From the NCBI RefSeq assembly GCF_000002075.1, contig NW_004797297.1:1785323-1849322 (forward strand): a stretch of DNA of 64,000 nt. The letters are read 5' to 3'. This DNA comes from Aplysia californica. Lineage: Eukaryota. The notes beneath the pieces were generated by a model. That model made no database searches. It worked only from the letters and a program-made list of their open reading frames with translations, and was not told the origin of the DNA. A program made the position numbers and the translations under genes. This document shows, piece by piece, positions 14,661 to 29,600 of this stretch. Every line of letters begins with the position of its first letter. Position 1 is the first letter of the stretch.

Positions 14661-17600
14661 CTGGAAAATCAAAATTGACACACACTTGGTCAATATACTG
14701 TTAGAGGACCACTGTCAGGAATGACAGTAAAAATCATGTTATGTTTTTTTTTTTTACATAAGGAAAGGAGAAAGAAGAAGAGGGAAGGATTATCCAGTGG
14801 GAGACAGATCTACTGCTACTTAAAAAAGAAAGAGAAACAGACAGGTATGTAATAGCTGCAGCTGGTATTAGTAATACAGAGTGTAAAAAGACCAGCAGCA
14901 GAAACCATTGGTACTGATGCAGACCTGCCACTCTATGAAATCTAAAAATCAGGATTTTAGAGTAAAAAAATCAGGATCTGGTGAAAAAAAATAGGGACCA
15001 ACGGCAAATCAATCGTAAGGGGTACTGGGGAAGGAGGGGGTGTCTAGGTTCCCTTTTATGAGGCAAGTATGCAAGAGAAAACTTTTGCAGGAATAAGAAG
15101 TTCACGCTTGGGCCTCTAAATAGAGAGAAAACTGAAAGAAAGCATTACTCGGGTCGGAGTTGGATAGACTGGGGGAGCACAGGATGCAGTAAAGCTGAAA
15201 CTCTCGTAGTTTTGAAAATAGCTGACGCATAACTCTAATCATCCACGCAAAAAGCCCGCGCTTTCGTACAGTAACAACGCCTGACTTCCATCGCATATAC
15301 ACTCAAGGCACCCCCCCCCCCCCCCGAAAAAAAGATCGCGCCAAGGCTGTTCATTTCTTTTCTTTTTTCTTATTCCTTTATCCTCAATTAGTACATGTAT
15401 CAAGGCACGCACAGCCCAAGTGTAAAAAAAAATACCCCCCCCCCCACCCAGGTTAAGTCCCGAAAAACACCTCGAGCAATGTGGCCGGTGTGAATGAACT
15501 TTGTTGACCCCGACAGCCGACGGTCCCCGACACACGTGCTACTCACACGTACGAGGTCATGTCACGTGATGCGAATGAGCGTTTGAAAGTTCCACTGACA
15601 GGTCTTGATGATGGGCCCGACTAACCAGAAAAGCAGAACTCAGACGAAGCTTGCTTATAAAGCAACGGCAGAACAACGAATAGATTACTCTGAAAGTAAG
15701 TTAAAGCCCATGTCATAATTGCTACAGTAATCAGGACACCATCGGAGAATTCTGCGTTATAAAAGCGAAAGTAGATCTTGAGCGTATCCATGTCGGAATT
15801 CAAAATCGATACGTCGATTTTAGTTGAAATAACGAGCGTGAGTCAACTACTAGATTCAGCATAGATGCTTTAGAAAGTAGCGTTCCAAGTTCCTGCCGAT
15901 AAAAAATCCAATCGGCGCTTCCAAGCAAAAGAGATTGCAGAAATTTAAATATTTTTTTCTTAGAATCGGACGCAACAGACACAACGGCAAAAAATCAGGA
16001 TACTGGATATCGAAATCGCCAAAATCAGGATGCTTGAGATTTAGGGAAAAAAATCGGGAAAGTACTCACCTCCAAAGAGCTTGTAATTTCTTGACTTTGG
16101 CGATGCATACTTTGTCTTTCCAACTCGCGAGATGATTTCTGATGGGGGGGAAGGAGAGAAAATTGAAATTAAAACAGGTTGAAAACATAGTAAACCATCT
16201 TAACTTAATAAGTGCCAGATCTGCAAGACACTGACCTTTGTTCGGATGCTCTCAACAAAGCTAAATTACCCTGATCTTTTCCTGTCATCCATCTGTTTAG
16301 TCTATCCCAGTAGGTTCTACCCCTCAGTTTTGCCGGTGAGAGCGAGATGTTCAAGGCCCTTAGGTCTCTTTAAGTGTCCCAGAAACTTCATGTCTTTCTC
16401 TGTTTGCTTAGTTTTTAAAAATATTTATGCCACTCACTTTGAGACCTGAACATTCTTATATATTTCTAAGGATTGTTTCACTGGTGACACAATGCATTCT
16501 AGAACAACTTCTTTTAATCTGCTTAGTCTAGATTCGCTGTAGCTTCATCCGTTCTTACAAGCAACCTCTTGGTCCTATTACAAATTCCTAATAATCCTTA
16601 GATCATTTCCACCTATGTCTTGCCCATGAAATATTTTAAATAGCTCACTATGTCTAACTTTATTAAAAGCTTTGGGGGGGGATGGTGGGGGAGGAAAGAA
16701 AGAAGACAAATCACAGGGAAATCCTGAAACTACATGAAAAGTCATCTACAGAGGAAAACGTTGACACATATTACATTGGGAATCTAAATGGATCAAGGCT
16801 ACAAATATATTTGAACGCTGAGATTTTTTATCATTTCACAAATCTCATTTATTTTTTAACAGCAATTACTTTTTGTTTGTTTTAGTAGAAGTTTTACAGC
16901 ACTCGCAACTGCATAAGGTCATATGAGCGCCAAGGGGTGGATGTCAACAGAGATGTCCTTACAGGGAATCAGGCTTACTCTGCTCACCTCTCTAGCTTCA
17001 ACAGTACAAAGTCTACTTCGACTATGAAGGCACCCCGGAAATAGCGGGTCACAAAAGTGCGACAAACATACAAAAGAAGTAGAGGTAAATGATGATAGTA
17101 AGGAATAGGACAGAAAAACCAGCAGTTCGCTGTTGCAGTTCAGGCACAGTTATGAGCGTGGCATTGATTAATCAGCCCATTTACAATTACAATTCTACTG
17201 TGCACAAGAACTCGAGATATTAATGTCCCCCACTTTAGGAATGGCCTACAGACACTTCAGTCAGTAGCACCGCCCTGCGGGGTAAGCTATTACCCTTATA
17301 AAAAAAAAAAACAACAACCTTATTTTAAAAAAAAAAAAAGGGGGGGGGGGGGGGGGGGGGGGGAGGGCAGAACATAATGGCCTACCTTTTGGGATCTGTA
17401 AGTCCACATCAAACGTCACTTTCTTCTGTATTTTTTGGCCATTTCCATTTGAATATTCAAACAGTTTCAAATGCATGATGAGCACAGGAGGTAAAACATC
17501 AAAGAACATTCGACGTTGACCATGGACCTGTTGAAAATATAAGATTCATGAGCTTCCACTAAAATCAGTACATAATCAAATTTCAAACGTTAGGAAATAG

Positions 17601-20600
17601 AGTTTTGACATGAATTAAAATAATTCAGACCCAGCTGAACATACACAATCCATCTGTTCAAACTTTCAACTGACTGACATTCTGACAAAACCATCTCCAT
17701 GCAGGCAGACGGGGGTACTCCGGTATGGCCTACTTTATAATATTCAATGGGGCAACCATTTTAACGTGTACCCAGTGAAGTACCACAACTTGACGCCAAG
17801 CAACAATTGCTCTCAAATATACATGAAAATTACAAGGAAAAATGCCATTGTCACAATTTTCCCCTTCGTATTTAATTCTATTGTTTCGTTCATTCCATTG
17901 TGTCACCCAATACTATTTTCATCAGAAATGGCTGCAGCCATGTACTAGTGACATATCTAGGAAGATTGCACCTGGAGATTCAGTAGTCCGTATGAAAGAA
18001 AGACGGTAATCCTCAAATGTTTTTTCTGTGATAAACGTCAATTCTTCAAACATGCACACTTACCCAAAACCCTGAAATATATGAACAGGAAAATTCGGTT
18101 TACATATCGCTCAGAAAACAGAAAAAACTTAAGACAAGCAATAGAAACTTACCCTTCTGCCGTCGGCGTCATGCACAGTTTCTGTCGTGTTCAGTCTCAG
18201 CAGTGCGTCCTTCACAGAGTGTACAGGCTCAGCCTGAAATGACCACAGAGTGATTGTAAAGAACACTTTGTTAAGTTGGTTGAGGGTGTAGTTTTGTTAT
18301 TTCGACAAGGTCTTGGTAAGGTTTTCGTCACTTACTATGGAAATTACACAGAACTGTCAGTACCTTGATGAGCATAACATAGGAGGCATATGAACGTAAA
18401 CACCATCCCTCACTCAAAATGAATTGACCAAACAGGTAAATAGTAAACTTTTTGCATTATCCCATGAGCCAAGTCCCAAAGAAGGTAGCTTTCATCTCCA
18501 GAACCTTTTAACGCTATCTTTGTTTTCGTAAGTGTTATATGGCACTTGCAACACAATAAGGCCATATTAGAGCTGAAGATTAAAGGAGTTACAAGAGAGT
18601 AACGAACACTATCTTTGCACAAGATGTGGCATTAAAAACCTTTCACTTTCTCTTAAATAGCAGGTTTATTGACGATCTTCACAGATATTCACTGATTTAA
18701 AAATTAACAATTTTTGTTCCAGTGATATCAGAGTGGACCAACCTCACATCTTACCTGAATGTCCAGTTTCAAAGTAAAGAAAGAATCGAGGGTATCACTC
18801 GACTTGCCAGACTCCCTCACTAGACATGATCTGCTCAAACCAGCAAAGATACTGGACAACGGAGTTTGTCCACAATCATTCTGTAGGGAGCAAGAGAAAT
18901 GGGAGACATTTACAAAAAGGAATATTTCTGAAACCCGGAATACTGTCTTGAAAGAAAAAGAAACATTTATGAAACATATTTAAAGAAATTTTATAGCTAG
19001 AGATCAGTTTGACAGAAACGTTAAAAAAAATACAATTGGACCAGGCTGGCCACCTTGCAACATACCGTGCATGTGCATATCAGCAAAGACATCTCTACAT
19101 TTCACTCTTAAAGGGCTGCATCTATCACTGATGTGAAGAAGACCTATTTGTACCTCAAACCCATTAAGCCAACAGAAAGAAGAACAAATGCTTTAATTTT
19201 AGAGAATAAAAATTTTTTATTGCTAAGGAAATCACAGAAAGTGAACTGTCAGACCTTTTAATGAGATAAAATCATTATTGAATATTATAAAGATCAACTT
19301 GGGTAAATAATTTTTTTTTTGTTCTTGCAAGTGTTTTATGATGTTCGCAGCTGCATAAGGTCATGTGAGCGCATGGGATACATTAAACATTTTAAGTTGG
19401 TCGGTAGGAAATTTTTAATTTTGCCAGTGTGGCAGCCGAAGCCTACTCTTATCGATTTTAAGACCTCCAACTCTAACCCATCTCTAATGTGCCCAACTTG
19501 CACATTGGACCTCAGATTTTTCACCCTTATCCGAGTAGGCTTGGGGATTAATCTTACCTACCATAACATCAGGGGTGTGGCTGAAAGACTGCAGTAAGAA
19601 GGAGCCAAGGAACAGCAGTAGAAAGGCTGCAGAATAAGTCAGGAGCCGAGAAGAGGGGCAAAAAGTGGAGACGAAAGCAGACAACACAACATGGTAACAG
19701 GGCCCCCCACCAATTCCTGGAATTTTCTTTCAAGACCCCAATTTGAAAGAAAATAAGGCTGCTGCGCGTCAAGAATGATCCCCTAAAAAGCCCATCTAGC
19801 AATGATAAAAAGTCAAAATGTCTTTAAAGGAATGCAAATGTACATTTTGTAGTAGTCTTCAAACAATAGATTATAATGCTGGGTTACTGCCAACCCAGCT
19901 CACCCATTTTCCAGGGGCATGTTACATGAAAGAGCGTGCTCCATTTATATCTAATATATGCTCGTGAATACACACACACATACATGTAGGTACATTATAT
20001 CCAGTAAAACAACATGTCAGTGTGGCACTAGTGTCTTGTGTGACTTAGGTTTATATTTTCCCCTCATCATATTAGCCTACATAAACTATATAAAAAATCA
20101 ATCCTGTTTTGAGCCTGAGAAAAGACCTAGAACCAGAATATCGACTGTCAATAACCAGTCTGGGTGTCATTATTATATAATAAACGTGAAAACGAAAAAT
20201 ATTGCTCAAACTCAAAAAGAAAAGTAATATTAGTAATAACTTGAATGGCTCAGGTAGACATATTCAGTGTAAGAGGTGTAAGAACTGAGGGAGGGCAAGA
20301 TGCAGCGACACTGAAAATCTGCCAATCTTGTACAGAAAGCTAAAATATAGATATAAATTACTATCACCCCATTCAATGAAACGCAAACACAATGGCATGT
20401 CAGATCCCGATTCCACACAAGGTCCGCACCAACGCACGCTTTGCTGAGAGCTCTTAGCAGTTATGAAAATTCTAAATACTAAAATTTTGCTTCCAAGATC
20501 TGTTTTTGTCCTCTGGGATTGCCTCCACACACCCCCCCCCCGCGCGCGCGCGCGGGTACTCACACGATGCCTTATCACGTAAATGTGAACTGGCAGGCTC

Positions 20601-23600
20601 ACTGACCGGTCACGATGGTGAGCCTGACAAGACGCTTGTATAACTTACTTTTCTTTTCTTTTTTTTTTTTACAAGTGACAGCACAGGACAAATACTGATC
20701 TATTTTCATGGGAACACAGTGTTTGTAATGCACAACCTGCATGTTACAAATGTAGCGTTATATATCAGACTATTACCGGAAAATTTCTGTGTGGTAACGA
20801 AAACGAAAGTAGATCTTGATTCTTCCCGATTGAGTCTCTTTGTCACATATAGGCCTACACTTCCGCCTGCTGCCATAGCGGTTCAATTATGGTTCTTCTT
20901 CATGATTCAGAAACCATATTGTCTAGATAGCTACACTACTAATATTGCACAGGCCCAATCCTTTCCAGACTTCCTGACACTTCACAAAATTCCCAACTTT
21001 TTCCTGACACTTCACAAAATTCCCAACTTTTTTCCAGACCCATCACAAAATTCCAGACTTATCCCCGATTTCCCGACCTCGTGGGGGACCCTGATGGTTA
21101 GAGAGCAGAAAAGTAGGAGAAAATTTTCCATCACTGTCAGTTTAGTTTTAGTAAGAGTTTTAAGGCGCGTGCAACACTATAAGGTCATAATGTTAGTGCC
21201 GAGGAACAGATTACATGTTACAAGACAGTAACATACACAAAAAAGGAGGGGAGATGAAGACGACAGATGTTTGTTGTTTAGTATTTTTTATTTTAAAGTA
21301 GAGGTTTTACGACGCCTGCAACTGCATAAGGTCATATGAGCGCCAGAAGATTAGAGGTGTTACATGAGAGTAACAAACATACGACAGATGTTTGACAGTA
21401 AAGAAAGAGCAAACCACACAAGAGCACCCGCCAGTTCCGAACCTGGGACCTATTGAATGAGAGGCGAACACCGTAACCTCTAGACCACGAGAGCCCCCAA
21501 GTAAATTACAAAGAAAACAAGGTACCGTACCACATTCGTCTCAACATGATGATTCCTGGGCCCTACTTGTTGCCATGCTTCATCTGAGTCCTCCTCTTCA
21601 TCCATACTTTTAAGGCTCTCCTGAGAATTGTCATTGCCATTCACAGCAACTTCTCCTTGTTTCTTCAAACCTACAATATAAGCAACCATATTTATTCCTG
21701 GAAAAAAGGTGAAAAACGTGCAACCCCCCCCCCCTCCCAAAATAGTTCGAAACGCACTGCGCAATAAACAATATAGAGCAAGTCATAATTCCAAACACTA
21801 TAAAATAATATTTAGTGTACAAGCTGCTCGACTTTCTTTCATGGTAAACAGTGCGAAAATTAGGTCCTAAGAAAGACCAAACAGTAAGCCCCCTGAATTG
21901 AACATTGAACACTTAAGCTCTAGTACAAGAACCAAAATACTTTTCCATAGAATTTCACAATAAAGAAAATATATATTTTAAATGATCATGTTTGACATTG
22001 AAAACAAGTTCTATTCCAACTAAGACAAATGTATAACTGCTGTCTCTTACAACGACCGAAGAAGTAGAGACAAACATACCATTGGTATCTCCCATGTGCA
22101 GGATGTTCTCCATCTCCTCATGGCAAATACTGAGGATCTGACTGAGGAACTCCTCTGCGTCATGCTGCACTCCCATCTGAAATGTAAAATCACAAGCTTT
22201 AGAGCTAAAAACAACTACAGACCAAGAATCACTATTCCACACACAAAGATAATATTGAAGCTGAAAATGATTGTATAGCCACACTTGTCTAAGACAGCCA
22301 CCCACCATCGAGGAGAAAAGTGATTGTTTTATGTGGATGGCTTGGACAGTGTCAATACAATGAAGGGAGACAAAAAAGTGCCCATGGGGAATTAGGACGT
22401 GGCCGTTCGAACAAGTGGCGTTAGAGCAGTTCCAACTGTATGGTTTTTCATTCTCATTAACACAATGCCATTTAAGAGGCTGCTGATTCCACATGGCCTG
22501 CCAAAGCCAACCTGGGGCCAGCGGGCTAGTGGTAAAATAGACTTCTCTATGTGGTCATACAGACAAACGGACATTTTATACATGCAATGACAAGCATTTT
22601 ACCTTTACACACAGGTGCAAATTCTAAAGGTGTCTGCAACTATCTACATTCAATAATCCAATGAAAGAAACACACAGAACACCACCTCAATGAATATGAC
22701 CCCCCAAGTCCCTGCACAGTAGCTTCAAAATTGCCAAAACAAAATTAATGTGTATGAAAGCAAAGACCAACTCACGTGCAAGCCAAGAATGTTTTGTGCA
22801 ACGCTCAAAAGTGGATGCGGTATAAAGGGTTGACCAACATTCAAGTCAAGATTTCCTCCCTTTTTGTTACGAGACCCTGAAAACACAAGAGGAAATTATA
22901 CTTTTTGCAATAACATACATCAGTTCATAGACCAAACAGAATCCCCAAGATTTAACTATTAACATGTTTTGTACTTCGCTAGAAATTTCATCTAGAATGT
23001 TAATGGACAATATTTGACTTTGTGAATGAATGGCATAAATCTGGTGCAAACAAAAAAACCTCCTCACCCCCCCCCCCCCCAAAGTGTGTGTGTGTGTGTA
23101 AGGGGGGGTGGGGGGAGAGAAGAGACACCCAACTTCAGGGGGGGGGAGAAAAAAATCCAAAGCTCTGATGAAAATGCATTACAGATAAACAAAACTGATC
23201 TAATTAGAACTCTTTATGGTAAAAATACTCTCCGACTAGAAAGTGTCCTTGGCATATTAGTCACATACCACTTTAAAAGCCTGTGTTCTACAATTTTATA
23301 CCAATCACACTGAAAGTGAACAATTCAATACAATCCCAAAAACAATGTATAAAATATAAAGGAGTTTGCTTAATCCAAAATCTACAGAAATGCCAAATTT
23401 TCTTCAGTTATAGTTTCAAGAGATATCCTAAAAAAAAAAAGTGATGATTGCCAACAGCTTAGAGCAAGGAATGCTATGCTTGCGGTAAATTTTACTTTTT
23501 TAAAGGTTTTTTCTCTTCTCATCTACATCTTTCAGTAACTGTAACCTGAGCTGCAGTCAGTAAACATTGTGCTATCTCTTCCATATTGTCAGCAAACTTA

Positions 23601-26600
23601 ATCTGTCAAACAGACCAATGAAAGAGTAGATTAGCACACTGTACTGTCATTAGACAAAAGAACGCCCAATGGCATTGATGTAACATGCGCACGAGTAGGT
23701 GAACTAACTTCGTAGAGACAGTAGCCTAGGCCATGACCAACCAAAGGTCGAACATCAGAAGTACAGTTGCTATCCCCGCATAGGCATAATGACTGTTGAT
23801 GTGTGTGATAAACAGAGGCAAAAAATGCACTAAAAAATGCATCTCTCTGGCCCACAATCAACACCAGTGCCTTCTCTTGCCTCTTCTGTTTCATTATCTT
23901 AAAACACACAAGACTAGATGATTAGCGTTACTTGAAGATGGCTAATGAAGATTTAGATGACACAACCCCCAAAATTTGTTTCGTTATAGAAATAGGAGCA
24001 TTATTTCAGTAAATTAAAACAAAAGAAGAAGGGATTCTATTGTCTTTCAATTTACAACAGTCTTCAAATTCACTATGCTTAGTTTAAGAGAAGACTGCAT
24101 AAAAACACTAGTTTCGGGCTATTCCAAACAACCTACAACAAAAGCAGGATCGGTCACGTTTAAGGAAAATCAAATTTTCACCAAAAATCTTTAAGACAAA
24201 TGTATACTGTACATAAAGGCATGGGTTACAACCTGGCAAAAAATGAGAAGAAAAAAAAGGAAACAAACAAACCTGGATTTCTCATCCGTTGACCATTTTG
24301 GAATGAGTTTACAAATTGAACTCTGGAAGAGGAAAAATATAGAACAATTAATGATCACTTGTATACAATGTCACATTATTTCAAACAAGCAAAATTGATA
24401 CATATCTTCTCTCTACTAAACAATTACTGTACATCAATATGAATTTTAAAATGGCCACAGATCTCTTACTATACCAACTCCTTTGGAGTAAAAGTGAAAA
24501 GTCCAACTTGATATCAGATACGGTAAACTATCAACTAGTGACCAGGTTGTGGGTATGACAACAAGATCCTCTGACCTAAACTTTACTTTTCCAATCCAGT
24601 AGCCATCTGAGTTCGGGCCCTTCGGCCTATTGATATGGCAAAGAACGTATAGATTTTTAACCAGCTCCCTCCGACCTGCATCTTAACTTTCTCTTGAAAT
24701 AAAAATGTAAATCCCCATTTCTGAAAGACAACTTACAATGAGTCCAGTATGGGCGTTGAAGACTGACTGCCAGCTCTGGTTGGCAAATGTTTGAAAGACC
24801 TGAACATATGGACAAACGGAGGGCACCCCATCAAGACTTGTAAAGGCTGAAATAAAAGAAGTCAGTAAGACCCAGTTTCAGGGATAAATCTATATCAAAC
24901 AAAATTCATGTCACCATCTTAAATAAGCAACCTATTCATAAAGCAGGACATGATTTGATATTACCAACAGGATAGAATTTATGAACACAACATGATGTAT
25001 GAAGAAAATATTTTAAGTCATAGGTGTAAAGCCAAAGAACAGCTGGAAAGGGAAAACATACAACTTCCACTTATTACATTTTCCACTCTTACAACAACAA
25101 CAATCCATACACATAATACTACTTACAGCATTCAAGAAACAAGTATTCTGTCCATTTTTAAGACCTCGAGGCTGAATCACTATAGGTGCATGTATAATTT
25201 GCAAATCGCTGAGTTGACCTGAGGAAGAAAATATGCAAAACTGATTAGGGCTACTTCACCCAAGAAGAAAAGTTGCAAGAGGAAAACTATTACTTAAAAC
25301 AATTTATTACCAACATGAATTTACTAAAGAGCAAAGAAAGAAATGAAGTTCACAGGAGAAAATACAGATGTCCATGCCTAGTTACAATTCCTTGAAAGAT
25401 GCAGCTAGTAAGGTGTGTCAAACATCAGACTCCATAAAAACACAAATGCAGTGGGCCCTTGCTATAACAGGACTGACATGCTGTCCCTGTTATAGCTGAA
25501 TCTTGTTGACACAAAACCTACGCCTGTGGTGTAGCAGTTAGGTGCTTTGCAGTTGCACATAGAAGATCAGACTTCAATTCCAATGAGGAAAGAATTTTCA
25601 TTGAGCATCTCAAGTCTTTCTGCTGCGATGTTGTTACATTGTATTACTTTCACCTCACGCTGGCCTAGACAGACAGGGTCGAAGCCCACATCCTAATTTA
25701 TCTAAATTGCACTGATGGAAAATAAAACACCCAAACTGGACAGCAAACAAGAGTAAACAATTAATGGGGAAGTTTTACTACCAGCCATTGATGGAAAAAG
25801 GTGTGATCACTTGAGATACCTGTCAATGATTTGATGGCCAAACCCCCCCCCCCAAAAAAAAAAAAACAAACAGTCAAAGCTATAAGTACTCCAAAAGAAA
25901 GCAACAAAATTGATAAAAAGAAGCAAAAGAAATCAGCGCATGTAACACCAATTCTGCAAGAACCACACTGGCTGCCAGTAAAAGAAAGGATCAAATACAA
26001 AACTGTCATTTTCTGTTTTAAATGTCATAATGGTACTGCACCTATTTATCTAAAACAATTTCTAAAATTATATCATCCACCCAGAGCCCTTTGATCAGCC
26101 ACTGACAAATTGATTCTTAGAACCCCAAAACAAAATTACGTAGAAAAGAAGCTGATCAAGCTTTTTAGTTTTTTACAATGTTCAAGGGAGCCATATCATA
26201 TCTTGTTGCAACATGTACTGTCGCAGGGTTTTTAAGGCTTCAAGGACCCTGTGGCTTAGCACCACTGGAATTATTTCAGAGTCATCTTCTTTAAACTGGG
26301 TGTTTGTTGGTGGCAGCACACTTGATGCTTTTTCCTCATCAGTCTTGTTTTGTTTTTGTAAAGTGTTTCACGGCGCTCGCTACTGTATAAGGTTATATGA
26401 GCGCGCGGGACACACCTAATATTTTTCAGTTGGTAGAAAATTTAGAATTTTGCCCGGGTGGCGGCCGAAGCCTACTCTTATCGATTTTAGACCACCAAGG
26501 GATCTTTAACGTGCGCAGCTTGCACACGGGCCCTCCGAGATTTTTCGCCCTTGTCCGAGAAGGCTAGGTGTAGATCTTTCTTACCCAAAGATCAGGGGGT

Positions 26601-29600
26601 GTGGCAGAAAGACAGCAGTAAGGAGGAGCCAAGGAGTAGCAGTAGAAAGGCTGCAGAAGAGTCAGGAACCCAGAGGAGGGGGCAAAGGAGGTGAGGGCAG
26701 AAAGTGGAAATGAAAACAGACAACAGAACATTGCTAGAGAGCAGGAAAGGAGGTGAAAGGAGACAATTTTATAGAAGAAAAATTTTCGGTCGCTACCCGG
26801 GACCTTTGAATGAGAGGCCAACCTCTTAACCTCCAGGCCACGAGAGCCCCCCCTCATCAGTCTGTCAAAGTTAGTCGTAAATGTAGGGAAGAAGCTCTGG
26901 TCTGAAAACGAGTAACTCCTCTTAAGATCAGATAATGTTATCTCGTACTCCGTCCAAAGATTTCTTGCATGCCATTAAAATCTGGTCTCTTCCATGGAGT
27001 TGTCCTCATCAATTGCTTTCCTAAGCCCTCACCTCTCACAGGCAATGCTGCAGTAGTCAAGGGTCAAGTGCAGTTACATTTTAATTGCACTTTGTATCTT
27101 CCCCCCACATAATAAAAAAAATTAAAAATTCAGGGTGTGTGTGTGTGTTTGTCCTTGCCCTAGTCTATCAAATGAAGCTTTACTGTTTAGTAGACAAAAC
27201 TGAATGTACAAATATTTTTAGCTGCAGTAAGAGAGAATTCACAGAACTAACTAACAAACAAACAAACCAACAAACAACAACAAACAAACAAACAAAAAAA
27301 GAAAGAAAGAAGAAAAAAAGAAAAGAAAAATAGAATAGAATAAAGAACAGTGAATTGTTAGTGCTTGTTTGTTACTGTTGTTGAACTGTTTCCATTATCT
27401 TATCCTCACCACTCTTTTTGATGTTGACACTCAGAGATGAAAATCTACTGGGGGTCAACTAACAATTCTCTAACACAGCAGCGAAAGCAAAGGTATCAAC
27501 TTCCCTGCCCTGGGTATGTGAAATGACAAGTCATGAAGTGTGCAGATATATTATTCACTATAGGTCATGTCAGTGCAAATTGCTTTCCCCGTTGGACATC
27601 GTTTTGCTTTATTTGGCTTTGTTTCTTTCTTCTTGTCCCCTTATTTTAACCAGTGATCAGACCAATTATAACCAAGCACTTCTATTATAGGCGTACGACG
27701 AAGACTAAAAAAATATGCATAAACGAAAGATCATACAGGTATATTCATTATTTGCTTTTGAGACATTAAAGTCACTTGAAATTAAAAGAAACAAGGGACA
27801 TAACAAACATGTACAACAAGATTCTTATCATGAAAGATAGAGAGGGAAGGACGAAACCATTAAAAAAAACCAAAGCAACCAACAGAAGTTGGTACATAGT
27901 TTTGTACTCACTTTGTATCCTGTGGGCTAGTGGATCACTGTGCACACCCACTGCTGTCACTTTCTCTAGAGGCACATACTGTGGCTTCTCTCCCTTACTG
28001 CTGGCTTCTTCCTTCTGTGTGTCTCCAATAGCAGGAAAAGATGCAGCATCAATGTTCGACAGCGGCTGAGAAACTGTGTTGTTAACACTATTCACTGAGC
28101 TAGTCTTAACACCCTGAGATTTGGTAGCAAATAAACTGCTCCAACTTTTGACAGTTTGTTGTGGCACTGGTGATGGTGGGGGCACACTCGAAGCAGCGTC
28201 TGCCGTCTTTAGACTTTTCTCTACACTACCATTTGGGGAAGAAACTGCAGGAGTCTCTCTTGTGTCATTCTGAGCCCCAGCAGAAGCCCGGGCAGCAGCA
28301 GTAGGACATGGGGCAACTGCTTTTATGCCACCTGGAATATTATTGGCACTTGGCAGGTTTGATTCTGAAGTGTTCAAGTTTTCTATGTCTATAACCACCT
28401 CCTGTGCGACGCCAGTCTTTTCTGGGGTAGTAAATTTGTTATTATTTGGCTCCGTTTGAGCACGGGTGTCAGTGTGATGCTTATAGACGACTGGTCCACC
28501 AAACTCAATGCTGGAGGCTTGCGGTTTTATCGGGAGACCGGTCACTGCCGGGGGTTGAGGTGAAGGGGCAGAAGGTTGTTTTGCCTCTTTGCACGATTCC
28601 TCAGGCATAGCCGGCTGAGGATCCTCTTGAGAGGTTGGGATACATACCATTTGTGGTTGTGGAGCCTGCGGAGTCATGGGCACAGGTGGTGGTGGCAGGC
28701 TGGTGGGGACACCTGGGGGTTGCGTAAGAGTAACCGGCATAACAGGTGGTTGTGTGAGTGTGACCGGTACCCCAGATTGCGTCAAGGTCACAGGAACCAC
28801 AGGGGGCTGTGTAAGGGGCATTTGTACCCCTGCTTGTGCCAGAGTCACTGGCACAGCCCCTGGCTCACCAAGGGCAATGTGAGACGGGACTGGAGGCAGG
28901 GTGTGCGGTGGCAATACTCCTTGGCCTGCAGGCATTGTAGCCATCACTGTCTCATTCCCATGAGCGGTGATGGGAACAGTCAAGGGCATGCCCTCCCTTG
29001 GAGGGATCGGAGCCCCCTGAAAGTGGGCTGAGATTGGGTGTCCAACTCCTGGGATGGCATACATTGGGTGGCCATTACTGATGGCAGTAACAAAAGCAAC
29101 TGTACCTTCGTGGCCGGCAGAAAGAGCGGGGTTGGGGAAAACGTAACCACTGTGCATGGTGATTGGATATGGGCCTCCACCGTGGCTGGCAAGCCCTGGA
29201 TTCCCAGGAGGCCAGTGGACAGGAATTGGGAAACCCACCATGGAGGGTGGGGGAACGCTAGGCTGGAAAACAGGGGCATGAGAAACACCTTGCTGTTGCT
29301 TGGAGGACACTGAAAGTTCAAAATCCAAACAAAAACACCAATCAACATTCATAAAAACTCATCAAACACAAACTCATCAAATTTTAATAAGTATTTAAGC
29401 AGTTTGCTCGAGGCCTATATCCTGATCCAGGGTGAGAAAGGCAATGATGATTAAGATGATTTCAGCAATTAATAAAACATATAATAATTTTTTTTTTAAA
29501 GAAGAGTGGTGGAACAAAAAAATGAAAAAGAAAAAAACCCAACCCAACTAAAGATACTGACAAGACAAACTTTCAAGGGTCGTAGATTTCTTGATACTAT

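Noticed and set aside
21430-21499. tRNA genes (also near 11790, 25530, 26800, 52000, 63030)
   Set aside because: Only degenerate A/B boxes with no full cloverleaf, attached to SINE bodies
28576-29348. Overlapping antisense and alternate-frame ORFs in exon 4
   Set aside because: Expected shadows of GC-rich, Pro-rich coding sequence; no recognisable features
27772-29352. Single-exon 526-aa protein
   Set aside because: It is USP10 exon 4 plus intronic read-through at both ends
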